IMG/VR virus record: IMGVR_UViG_2687453449_000005
Location: 1 to 11,394 of that record
Origin: a virus
Lineage: Duplodnaviria; Heunggongvirae; Uroviricota; Caudoviricetes
DNA length: 11,394 nucleotides
Strand: one strand, 5' to 3'
Below the pieces are notes generated by a model that did not search any database, was not told the DNA's origin, and saw nothing but the letters and a program-made list of their open reading frames with translations. This document shows, piece after piece, positions 1 through 8,052 of this stretch; the first letter of the stretch is position 1; each line of letters opens with the position of its first letter. The translations under genes and the position numbers were made by a program.

Positions 1-90
1 TCACTCTGCCAGATGGCGCAATGCCATCTGGTATCACTTAAAGGTATTAAAAACAACTTTTTGTCTTTTTACCTTCCCGTTTCGCTCAAA
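1..90. other. Host chromosomal flank of the lambda attB site (B' arm side of attR)
   Basis: Reverse complement of 60-97 reads ...CAAATTAGTATAAAAAAGC preceded by GAGCGAAACGGGAAGGTAAAAAGACAAAAAG, which matches the E. coli attB/attR B' arm as I recall it (CTTGAGCGAAACGGGAAGG...). Recall-based; not verifiable here. Confidence 0.7.
9..31. repeat. Inverted repeat hairpin CCAGATGGC-GCAAT-GCCATCTGG in host flank
   Basis: Perfect 9-bp arms with a 5-nt loop seen directly. No adjacent T-run on either strand, so a terminator role is not supported; function unknown. Confidence 0.4.
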
Positions 91-105
91 TTAGTATAAA
101 AAAGC
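91..105. other. attR core: 15-bp lambda common core (TTAGTATAAAAAAGC = reverse complement of GCTTTTTTATACTAA)
   Basis: Exact 15-bp core string, flanked on one side by host-like sequence and on the other by lambda P-arm-like sequence. Confidence 0.85.
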
Positions 106-250
106 TGAACGAGAAACGTAAAATGATATAAATATCAATATATTAAATTAGATTTTGCATAAAAAACAGACTACAAAATACTGTAAAACACAACATATGC
201 AGTCACTATGAATCAACTACTTAGATGATATTAGTGACCTGTAACAGAGC
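106..250. promoter_or_regulatory. Lambda attP P arm (Int arm-type / IHF / Xis / Fis binding region), here part of attR
   Basis: TGAACGAGAAACGTAAAATGATATAAATATCAATATATTAAATTAGATTTTGCATAAAAAACAGACTAC...CAGTCACTATGAATCAACTACTTAGATG.TATTAGTGACCTGTAACAG matches the lambda P arm as recalled, in reverse-complement orientation. Confidence 0.8.
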
Positions 251-292
251 ATTAGCGCAAGGTGATTTTTTGTCCTCTTGCGCTAATTTTTT
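251..292 (+). terminator. sib / tI-like hairpin with T-run (lambda int retroregulation and terminator element)
   Basis: ATTAGCGCAAGG ... CCTCTTGCGCTAAT inverted repeat followed by TTTTTT, about 150-190 bp from the core on the P-arm side, where lambda sib/tI lies. Confidence 0.65.
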
Positions 293-783
293 GTCAACTC
301 ACTGGGTTAGTTGAATTTACAACCATGCTCAGTATCTCGATAAGCGCAGGGAGATGATGCAGTGGTGGGCGGACTGGCTTGATGAAAGTGTGCTGTAATC
401 CTCATATCCAACCTAAGAGATATGCACAATTTTGTGAATAAGATATTGAGAATTAGCAAAAGTTTTATTTTGCGTATCATCAATTCAGAATACAAAGTCA
501 CATGCTAATGTTCTGCATTGGTATCTTTTGCTTATCCATGTCTACATTATCGCCAAAATAATAGGTTTTGTCTATCAATTATTTGAATTACTTCCATGAA
601 ATTATAACGCACTTGTAATTTTTGATTATTTTTACCTCTCAAGTGTTTTGTTTCTTCTATCTCTTTGTATTTTTAGCGAAAGTATGCCATATTGCATTCT
701 AATATAACGTGGCGTTGTTTCTGTTTAATGATTTAAATAGTTCAACATAATATTTGCTAACAAATTATATCCAAGCAAATCAT

Positions 784-1929
784 ATGATATTATCATTACA
801 ATATATTAGAGGAATAGCATCATTACTTGTTGTTTTATTCCACTTCAGATTCTTGCTAAATGAGCACTACTCTCAGAAAGATTTGGGTGACCTATTATTT
901 GGGAATGGGCTGTCTGGAGTTGATATATTCTTCATATTAAGTGGATTTATCATCGTATACTCAACAAGAAAGAAGGAAGTTAATGATACTTTCTCATTCT
1001 CAATTAGAAGAATATTTAGAATATACCCATTACTAATCACATGCTGTTGCATGTATTACATAATAAACACTCAATTTCTAACCTATGCTACAGTTGAAAA
1101 CTTTAGAACCTTACTTATTTCCATCATTCCATTAAATATAAACTGGAATGAAGGCGCTCCATTCTTTGCCTATAATCTTTTGTACCCGGCCTGGACGATA
1201 ACATATGAAATTGGTTTCTATGTTTTTTTCGGGGTATCAATGTCTATTTCGCATAAATACAGAACAATTATCTGTTCTGTTTTTATAATCATGGTGGTCT
1301 CATTTACACAATACTATGTAAATGGAAATATATCATTTTCAGGTGATGTTAGTGCAGGGTTATTTACAGATAACTGGTTATTAGGATATACAAATGTTAT
1401 TACATCTCCAATGATGTATGAATTCGTTATTGGGATGTTTCTTTCTGAAATATTTACAAACATCAACGAAAGCAAAAGTATTAAAAGGATACTTTCAAAG
1501 TATTCGCTTCAAATACTATGGATTTCATGTGGTATATCCATAATATTATTCATTATCCAGCGACCTTATGGGCATGGATTGAATGGATTTGGGACTATGG
1601 CGATGATACTTATTGCATCATCATTAGTATATGAATACTGCAATATAACACCCAAAATAAAAATATTTAATTTCCTTGGTGAAATATCATATTCTTTATA
1701 TCTAATTCACGCCGTGATACTTGCTTTGTTCTTCTATTATAAGGCAGACCTTGCTGAAATTGGCATAACTGGTGGATTTTCTGTGTTTTTTTCCTTGGTT
1801 ATTATCTCAATAACTGCATCATATCCAATATATATTCTCATTGAAAAGCCAATGATAAATATAGGTAAACGTTTAATTGACAAGAGAAATAAGAGCATTA
1901 ACAAAAAAGAAACCGAAATAACAGCGTGA
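784..1929 (+). CDS. Acyltransferase family 3 (AT3) integral membrane O-acyltransferase, Oac/OafA-like; candidate surface-polysaccharide O-acetylase
   Basis: Track ORF 754..1929 starts at TTG; first ATG is 784 (MILSLQYIRGIASLLVVLFHF). AT3 hallmarks: N-terminal R...H in TM1 (YIRGIASLLVVLFH), GxxGVDIFFILSGF, and RRIFRIYP motif. Highly hydrophobic and AT-rich. Confidence 0.8.
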   Translation: MILSLQYIRGIASLLVVLFHFRFLLNEHYSQKDLGDLLFGNGLSGVDIFFILSGFIIVYSTRKKEVNDTFSFSIRRIFRIYPLLITCCCMYYIINTQFLTYATVENFRTLLISIIPLNINWNEGAPFFAYNLLYPAWTITYEIGFYVFFGVSMSISHKYRTIICSVFIIMVVSFTQYYVNGNISFSGDVSAGLFTDNWLLGYTNVITSPMMYEFVIGMFLSEIFTNINESKSIKRILSKYSLQILWISCGISIILFIIQRPYGHGLNGFGTMAMILIASSLVYEYCNITPKIKIFNFLGEISYSLYLIHAVILALFFYYKADLAEIGITGGFSVFFSLVIISITASYPIYILIEKPMINIGKRLIDKRNKSINKKETEITA

Positions 1930-1942
1930 TAATGACAAAGTT

Positions 1943-1964
1943 AGTGCCGGGATACCCCGGCACT
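1943..1964. terminator. Bidirectional intrinsic terminator candidate between convergent genes
   Basis: AGTGCCGGG-ATAC-CCCGGCACT perfect 9-bp stem, followed by ATTTAATCTATTT on + and a T-containing tract on -. Sits between the stop at 1929 and the - strand stop at 1967. Confidence 0.5.
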
Positions 1965-1966
1965 AT

Positions 1967-3304
1967 TTAATCTATTTCGTAAGTGACAGTGATTATCACT
2001 TCTGCATTATTACCCAAAACATTTTGATATATATTCATATTACCTGATAATGTAGTTGCTCCAGTAAGAGTTATATAACTACTATTTGCATCAACCCTTG
2101 GAAGTAAAGCGGTAACTGCTGTTGTTAAATTATTATAGTAGCCTGTACTTCCAACATATGCAGCTTTATTGCTTGATACATATGGTAACCCTCCAATTCT
2201 GAAACCATCTCCTGACCCAATTAAAGTTATACCAAGGTGACATGTTGCCGTTATGATATTGCCACTCCTGACATAATTTCCTTTCTGCTGATAATATGTG
2301 GCATTACCACCTACAGTCGGAATCCAAACTCCAGTTTCTATATCACCACATGACCAGTCTTCTGCTGTTGTTAGTTTTCCAGTAACAATAAATTTACTTC
2401 CACCACCAGAATTATAAGGAACAAAAATTGGATTTATTCTTGCATAAGTGTTACCGGTCTGCTCATTAAGATCATTTCTATCAATAAGAACTTGACCATT
2501 TTCGAAGTTTGAAATCTGGCAGTCTGTTACACTCCAGTCTCTTAACTTCACATCAGCATCCATGACACCAATAAGCTTACCAGCATTACCAATTTTTTCT
2601 TTATGCATATTTACATACACATTTCTTACCGTAACAGACTGAGGGAACAGATAATTAGCAGGATTAGTTTTATCACTTAAAACAGATATTACCCAAGGTC
2701 TGTATTGAGTACTTACTTCACAATAAAATCCATCAATAAGCGTTCCAGATGCCGCTGGCCCAAGTAGTATTCCACCTGTAGAGTGATGCGCACTACCTCC
2801 AATTACTCTCCCCTTAACGCAGTTAATATAGGCAAAATATCCTAAATCTTGATTGTCATAGGCTGACATAGCACAGTCTCTAACTGTTACTCGAGAATTT
2901 CCTCCGTCATAAGCTGAGCCATCAGTTTTCTTACCAACTATTGATATAAAGTTACCAATAGCAACTCGACTATAAAAAGTTTTTTTATAACACCCCTCAA
3001 TTAAAATATCCCAGTTTTCAAACTGAGCATATATATCATAAGAGCTGGCATTCCCATAATCTATGAAATCACAATATCTTATTTTCGGCGTATAAACGGC
3101 ACTTTTTATCTTTATACCACCTAATGCTCTCTCCCCACCTGTGAATCTAATGCCAGTAACGGTGTAATCGCCTTGATAGAAATTATCTGCGGTAGGATTA
3201 TTTTCGTCAGAATCATCACCCAATATAATAGCAAATTCACTCCCTGAATAATTAATTGTCGCCCCCTTATTTGAATATATAGTTACAGGTCTTATAAACT
3301 CCAA
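1967..3304 (-). CDS. Tailspike/tail-fibre-like receptor-binding protein, putative right-handed beta-helix glycanase domain; probably 5'-truncated remnant
   Basis: 445-aa ORF rich in G/N/S/T/Y/V with repeated short beta-strand-like segments (e.g. VTVRDCAMSAYDNQDLGYFAYINCVKGRVIGGSAHHSTGGILLG), typical of pectate-lyase-fold tailspikes. The ORF begins at TTG directly after an in-frame TGA; first in-frame ATG is far inside; no head-binding N-terminal domain. Confidence 0.5.
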   Translation of the reverse strand: MEFIRPVTIYSNKGATINYSGSEFAIILGDDSDENNPTADNFYQGDYTVTGIRFTGGERALGGIKIKSAVYTPKIRYCDFIDYGNASSYDIYAQFENWDILIEGCYKKTFYSRVAIGNFISIVGKKTDGSAYDGGNSRVTVRDCAMSAYDNQDLGYFAYINCVKGRVIGGSAHHSTGGILLGPAASGTLIDGFYCEVSTQYRPWVISVLSDKTNPANYLFPQSVTVRNVYVNMHKEKIGNAGKLIGVMDADVKLRDWSVTDCQISNFENGQVLIDRNDLNEQTGNTYARINPIFVPYNSGGGSKFIVTGKLTTAEDWSCGDIETGVWIPTVGGNATYYQQKGNYVRSGNIITATCHLGITLIGSGDGFRIGGLPYVSSNKAAYVGSTGYYNNLTTAVTALLPRVDANSSYITLTGATTLSGNMNIYQNVLGNNAEVIITVTYEID

Positions 3305-3623
3305 AGAATTACTTATTAGATACTCTCCATAAGGAAAAAAATCTCAACTGGTGGTGAGTACTTTGGTCTGGAGTTTACGTAATTCATAATATTGATTACA
3401 CCAACATCATAGATAATCGCCACCTTCTGGCGAGGAGCTCCTGATGCAATTAATCGCCAGGCCTACGCCCATTATTCAGGGGTAAATTTTGGACGGAGCC
3501 CCCAATTCCATCCTCAATTCTCCCTCGCACTGAGGAGTAGTAAGTGCAATTATTTAAAAAATCGCAAACAGAATATTATCATTTATTCTTGCATTCTGTT
3601 AATTAAAACCACACATAAAAACG

Positions 3624-3653
3624 TTGATACTTGATAAGTAAGTAGAGTATTAT
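3624..3653 (+). promoter_or_regulatory. Sigma70-like promoter candidate for the downstream acyltransferase
   Basis: TTGATA (3624-3629), 18-bp spacer, TATTAT (3648-3653), about 40 bp upstream of the ATG at 3697. AT-rich context, so false positives are likely. Confidence 0.3.
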
Positions 3654-3696
3654 TAATGGTTTTAATAACGAACCTTTTAATCATGAGAAGCCTCAA

Positions 3697-4722
3697 ATGA
3701 CTAGTACCAATAACATAACAAGAAAAAAAATGGATGGAGTAACAATCTTAAGATTTATAGCTGCTTTTTATGTGTTTATTTTTCACATTAACATGAGAGT
3801 CCCCGTTAATTTTGGAGAGCTTATTAATAAAACCATTAGCAATGGCGTCATTGGCATGAGTATTTTCTTCATGCTTTCTGGTTTTGTTTTGACTTATAAT
3901 TACTATGGTTCCTTGTCAAACAATTACTTCAGGAAGCGAATAGCAAGAATATTTCCAGCCTATTTATTTTGTGGGCTTTTAACCCTCCCATTTTTGTTAT
4001 CCAGCGATGCAAGCTTTTTAAAAATGATTGCAAGCATATTCTTGTTTGTTACTGGAATGCAATCATGGATTTATCAGACCTTCGATTTTTGGAATTTTAG
4101 CGGTACCTGGTCAATATCAGTGGAATTGTTTTTTTATGCCCTGTTTCCATTTTTGATAAAAAACATCAACAAAAACAATGTAATTTATGTTTTACTTTTT
4201 TCATATTTATCTTCAGCATTATTAATCCCATTATCTGATATAATTCAGGGACCTGTAGTTTGGTCCGTATATTACGCAACTCCAATATACAGGTTACCAG
4301 AATTTGTGGTGGGCGTCTGTATCGCAATACTTTTTTTAAATGGCTATCGTGTTAACCATTATACATGGCTATTAAGCATTTTATTATTTCTGTATGCTAC
4401 CACCCAGCAAAACAATAACTCCATGGGGGTGAACTATCTCACAATTCCTGCGATATCAATTATGTTATTGCACCTGGCAAAAATCAACATCAAAAACAAT
4501 ATTGCAAACAGAGCGATCATTTACTTTGGAGATATAAGTTATTCGTTTTATTTGATGCAATTACCTATATTATATTACCTGGATCATAATAAAAACTCAT
4601 TTATTCTTAACTATGGTCTTTTTAGCTGGCTTGTACTTTTTGTTATTAATACTGCAATGGCATCATTATCTTATCACTTTCTGGAGAAGAACGATAAAAT
4701 CAGAAAAATAATTACATCCTGA
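3697..4722 (+). CDS. Acyltransferase family 3 (AT3) integral membrane O-acyltransferase, second divergent copy
   Basis: ATG start; ILRFIAAFYVFIFH (R...H), GVIGMSIFFMLSGF, and RKRIARIFPAY motifs. Shares family motifs with the 784..1929 protein but is otherwise clearly divergent. Alternative start at the internal M (MDGVTIL...). Confidence 0.8.
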   Translation: MTSTNNITRKKMDGVTILRFIAAFYVFIFHINMRVPVNFGELINKTISNGVIGMSIFFMLSGFVLTYNYYGSLSNNYFRKRIARIFPAYLFCGLLTLPFLLSSDASFLKMIASIFLFVTGMQSWIYQTFDFWNFSGTWSISVELFFYALFPFLIKNINKNNVIYVLLFSYLSSALLIPLSDIIQGPVVWSVYYATPIYRLPEFVVGVCIAILFLNGYRVNHYTWLLSILLFLYATTQQNNNSMGVNYLTIPAISIMLLHLAKINIKNNIANRAIIYFGDISYSFYLMQLPILYYLDHNKNSFILNYGLFSWLVLFVINTAMASLSYHFLEKNDKIRKIITS

Positions 4723-4723
4723 T

Positions 4724-4749
4724 TTATTAGGGGGGTACCCCCCTAATAA
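4724..4749. terminator. 26-bp perfect palindrome TTATTAGGGGGGTACCCCCCTAATAA; bidirectional terminator candidate or protein-binding site
   Basis: Perfect 12-bp arms around a central TA, between the convergent stops at 4722 (+) and 4764 (-). No strong U-run, so terminator function is uncertain. Confidence 0.45.
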
Positions 4750-4763
4750 TACACCACATAATT

Positions 4764-5159
4764 TCAACGTATTATCTCTGGCCTTTCTGGCCAGGTTATT
4801 TCTGGAATTAAGGACAAATCCACTGACATTAAATTATTAACATATTCCTTCCATAACAAAAGATTGTTCTTGTTATTTTCACTTATAATACCGAGTAACA
4901 AATCTGACTGCCAGTTCATAATTAAACCATTAGCACTATCCAGCAGACACTGTCTTTCATTCTCTGCCTCACGAAGTAATTCATCATGTGTTTTTGGCGG
5001 CTGCGTAGGTGACGAAAGCTTTCCCTTATCATAGAACCAACCAATTCTTACATTATCGGATACAGGTATAACTAACGCATTAGTTGGTTGCCAGGCACTC
5101 TCACCATCCCATACCGCAATATTGGTAACAACACCATTTTCTATAACGGCATAGTTCAT
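4764..5159 (-). CDS. Tail fibre assembly protein (Tfa-like chaperone)
   Basis: Track ORF starts at TTG (5174); first ATG at 5157-5159 gives MNYAVIENGVVTNIAVWDG... (131 aa), with Tfa-like LGIIS motif and C-terminal W/P-rich tail. The ATG overlaps the upstream stop in a TGATG arrangement (translational coupling). Confidence 0.7.
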   Translation of the reverse strand: MNYAVIENGVVTNIAVWDGESAWQPTNALVIPVSDNVRIGWFYDKGKLSSPTQPPKTHDELLREAENERQCLLDSANGLIMNWQSDLLLGIISENNKNNLLLWKEYVNNLMSVDLSLIPEITWPERPEIIR

Positions 5160-5644
5160 CACGCATACTCCCAAATGATTGCAATACCAGCCATTCCGCT
5201 ACCTCCGGCACGCTGCTGCGTCGCTCCACCGTAGACACAGGCACCACCGCCTCCACCACCATGGCCATTAGCATTAATACCTTCGCCTACAATGGCTTGT
5301 GACCCAGCCCCCGCACCAAGGATTGAATCGCCGCCAGGCCCCCCCATCGCCAGACTGCCGGAATACCGAACGCCTGGTGAGCTATAACCGCTTCCAGACC
5401 CGATAATATTTGCACCTGTAAATCCCGGCTCAGTATATGCTCCATACGGACCAACAACCCCTGGAGCAGTTCCTTCAGCAAGAACATTCCCACCAAGGCC
5501 ACCTTTGGCAATTATGGTATTGCCGAAAGAGGTTGTTCCCCCGGGAGCACCAACCGACGCACTTGCACCAGTGCCACCATATCCGATTGTCACAGTAGTT
5601 ACGGTTGGATTATCCACGCGAGCTTTAACATACTCCCCGGACAT
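5159..5644 (-). CDS. Tail fibre protein, glycine-rich C-terminal (receptor-binding) domain; likely remnant of a longer side-tail-fibre gene
   Basis: 161 aa, extremely Gly/Ala/Ser/Thr-rich (GGxG repeats, GHGGGGGG), as in C-terminal domains of enterobacterial prophage side tail fibres; immediately followed by tfa. ATG start is preceded by a G-run with no properly spaced SD. Confidence 0.6.
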   Translation of the reverse strand: MSGEYVKARVDNPTVTTVTIGYGGTGASASVGAPGGTTSFGNTIIAKGGLGGNVLAEGTAPGVVGPYGAYTEPGFTGANIIGSGSGYSSPGVRYSGSLAMGGPGGDSILGAGAGSQAIVGEGINANGHGGGGGGACVYGGATQQRAGGSGMAGIAIIWEYA

Positions 5645-5666
5645 CCCCCCGCCACCACAAGCAGCA

Positions 5667-6428
5667 TTATTGGGATAGCTTCTCCACGCTGTAGGTACGC
5701 AAATGCGCTTTGTAGACCAGCTGCGCCGCGCCGACAGTAGCGCTGTCGAACGCGGTAAGACGATCCCAGATACGCTCTACAACCGACATTCCCCATTCGT
5801 TCTCGGTCATCTTCTGCTGAAATGGCAGCGTGACGCCATCAAAGCGAATCAGTCGACTGTGATGAATGCGCCAGGCAGGAATTCCCGTTGCTGTGGTCAC
5901 CACATCGTAAAACTCAGGTTTACCCAGGTCCGGCCCCATATCTTTAATGCGGCGGGTCAGTACCGGGTCAATCATCCAGCGGTCGAGCGGGAGAATCCCC
6001 TTAAACTTGCCCTTACCGATGGTTTCGGGTCGCAGCGGGGTCATTGGTGCCTGCCCCTCAATCATGATGAAACCCACCGCGCCGCCGTAGAGGCGCGACC
6101 ATTTCAGCACGTCATTCAGCGCATCCCAGATTTGCAACTCATCCAGTTGTGATTCGAGAATGCCACGATCTTTTGCATCAATTTCCGAAGTGATGCGAAT
6201 GCCTTTGCGGGTCATATCATCTGGGATAGCATCGACCGCTTCGCCGATGATCCAGGACGAACGATAGGACCATTCCACCAGCATGCGGTTACGACTGGTG
6301 AAATTAGCCCGGTAGGTGGATGCTGAGTGCTGGTTAGGTGTCTGCATCCCTACGCGGGCAATAAAATTCTCATAACCATCAGCTGTGGCCTGCGCAGTTC
6401 GCCGCAGGGCTTGTTTGTTTCGTGCCAT
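5667..6428 (-). pseudogene. Probable portal protein, N-terminal fragment (253 aa), truncated by deletion
   Basis: Start ATG overlaps the terminase large subunit stop (TGATG), the usual terL-portal coupling. At 253 aa it is far shorter than any portal and is followed after 22 bp by a tail-fibre C-terminal ORF. Portal assignment is by position and general character only. Confidence 0.45.
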
Positions 6429-8050
6429 CAGGCCTGTCTCCCTAGCAGCTCCCAGATGTTCAGGGCTGAATTCATTGGGGCATAGTTGATCATCACCGAG
6501 TCGGCAAGGTTTGGCGATCGGGTTCCATCAGGCTGTTTATCAATAACGATTTTTCCCACACCATTAATGGAATAGGTCGGCTGCGAAAGCTCGATGATGA
6601 GTTTATCTTTGAGTGCCATGCTACTGCTGATTGAGATGATTTCGTCCGGGTTGTAAGCCATACCTTCAACCACGGCGCGCCAGGTATTCTGAAAAAGTTT
6701 ACGTAACCGCCACCAGCTCTGGGCTTTGGCGTTAGCGAAGAAGTCCTTGTTCAGACGTGCGGCTTGCCCGTTGTCCCCGCGAACAGCTTCATCATCTGGA
6801 TCAAATACCGCGCCACTACCTCGAAACGGTGTGGCGAGTATTGACGGTCGACGCGCAACGTTACGCAGTTCGTTGATAGCGCGTGCATCGCCGCGAACGC
6901 CAGCGCCCAGCCCGTCCTCGTCAAAGCGAAACTCTTCGAGGTTGTCCTGTTCGCAAAAACCGAAAACCTTCTCGACGGACTGATAAATGTCACTGCCCAC
7001 ACCGGACCATTCCCGCACATTTTCCAGGAGGAAGCCATGACGGGTGGAAAATGCATTTTTGTCCCTGCCTTCGTCGGCGACATCCATCGCGCCAAGTCGT
7101 TTGCCTGTTGGCTGGATACCCAGTTTGATATGTGCATCAACGGCAGCCTGTACCCATTCGGATGGAATCAGGACGCCTTCCGCTGATGCGCTGTAGTTCA
7201 GATCAAGTTCCTGTGCCACCACCACCGGATTATCGATTTTCTCGCATTCCCTGCGATACCACTCTTCATCCTTGCGAGGATCATCCCGCCAGTGGAATGT
7301 GAATACCGGTATCTTCCCGCCATGACGCTTCTGAGCGAACGGGTTCGCCATGCCGTTAACTGAACTCAGGTCAATACGGCAACGCGTCGTTTGTGACAAC
7401 GCCGCATCAATCAGCAGAGGACGCTGAAGGAATGCAGCCTCATCAACCAGATAAAGCGTGGTACGGTCACCACGACCAATATTATCGCCAGCCTCGCCTT
7501 TGATAACGGCACCAGTTTCAGGAAACTCAACACGCATATATGGCGCGTGCTTCTTCTCGCTCCACGAACCGCGAAACTCTACAGGTAGTGTTTCCACGAA
7601 CTTGCGCGCCTTCCAGAACAATGCTTTCGGGTCACCGGTGCTGTCGACGTATTCCTCTTTACGGGAGCCGAAACCGATAACCATTTCTTTGTTGAAGAGA
7701 CAAAGCGAGCAGGCCAGTCCGATCGCGGTCCAACTGAGCCCCATTTCACGGGATTTTTCGGTAATACCATTCTCCCTATTGCCCCAGCGTTCCATAATCC
7801 AGTGGATCCACTCCTCCTGCTTAGGGAAGAGTAAAAACGGAATGGTCACCGGCAGGCCATAATCAATATTACGCGGGTCCGTTGTCATGCCCCAGTCGAT
7901 GATGAACTGAGCCGGGTTGGTTCGGTAAAACTGTTTTAGTGCTGGCAATATTTCAGGGTTCTGGCGAATGCGCTGTAAGCGTTCCATCCGCCATTCAAAA
8001 ACCATCTGGTAATCAGGATTTTTAAAATCGAAGGGGAATGGTAACGGCAT
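6428..8050 (-). CDS. Phage terminase large subunit (ATPase + nuclease)
   Basis: 540 aa; Walker-B-like [10 protein letters not shown]-terminal nuclease-domain motifs ([22 protein letters not shown]) of the kind seen in P22/Sf6-type terminases; ATG start 2 nt after the terS stop. Confidence 0.85.
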   Translation of the reverse strand: MPLPFPFDFKNPDYQMVFEWRMERLQRIRQNPEILPALKQFYRTNPAQFIIDWGMTTDPRNIDYGLPVTIPFLLFPKQEEWIHWIMERWGNRENGITEKSREMGLSWTAIGLACSLCLFNKEMVIGFGSRKEEYVDSTGDPKALFWKARKFVETLPVEFRGSWSEKKHAPYMRVEFPETGAVIKGEAGDNIGRGDRTTLYLVDEAAFLQRPLLIDAALSQTTRCRIDLSSVNGMANPFAQKRHGGKIPVFTFHWRDDPRKDEEWYRRECEKIDNPVVVAQELDLNYSASAEGVLIPSEWVQAAVDAHIKLGIQPTGKRLGAMDVADEGRDKNAFSTRHGFLLENVREWSGVGSDIYQSVEKVFGFCEQDNLEEFRFDEDGLGAGVRGDARAINELRNVARRPSILATPFRGSGAVFDPDDEAVRGDNGQAARLNKDFFANAKAQSWWRLRKLFQNTWRAVVEGMAYNPDEIISISSSMALKDKLIIELSQPTYSINGVGKIVIDKQPDGTRSPNLADSVMINYAPMNSALNIWELLGRQA

Positions 8051-8052
8051 AC

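Noticed and set aside
88-92. Apparent single-base difference from the K-12 attB B' arm at position 90 (A here versus G in the reverse-complemented site as I recall it)
   Set aside because: Rests on unaided recall of the attB sequence; could be strain variation or a memory error and cannot be verified without alignment.
307-501. 64-aa - strand ORF next to the sib/tI hairpin
   Set aside because: No ribosome-binding site, no recognisable motifs, and it lies in AT-rich sequence next to att where lambda has non-coding DNA; most likely chance.
692-3600. Shared 9-mer TTGCATTCT upstream of both acyltransferase genes (692-700 and 3589-3597)
   Set aside because: A single 9-bp match between two AT-rich regions of several hundred bp is expected by chance; insufficient to call a common operator.
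4764-5720. Possibility that the fibre/tfa pair is a Gin/Hin/Pin-type invertible segment
   Set aside because: No invertase gene in the window and no convincing crossover-site inverted repeats (TTATC..AAACC..GGTTT..GATAA type) flanking the cassette.
5287-5796. 74-aa and 65-aa - strand ORFs overlapping the fibre and portal ORFs in other frames
   Set aside because: Alternative-frame artefacts of the glycine-rich and portal coding sequences.
5703-6152. 149-aa + strand ORF antisense to the portal fragment
   Set aside because: Lies entirely inside a homology-supported - strand gene in a GC-rich region where long spurious antisense frames are expected; no ribosome-binding site and no recognisable motifs.
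6726-7862. Several 63-134-aa ORFs on both strands inside the terminase large subunit gene (6726..6983+, 6883..7128+, 6751..7140-, 7458..7862+, 7579..7770-)
   Set aside because: All overlap the 540-aa terminase ORF, have low-complexity Arg/Ser/Pro-rich translations typical of off-frame GC-rich coding DNA, and lack start context.
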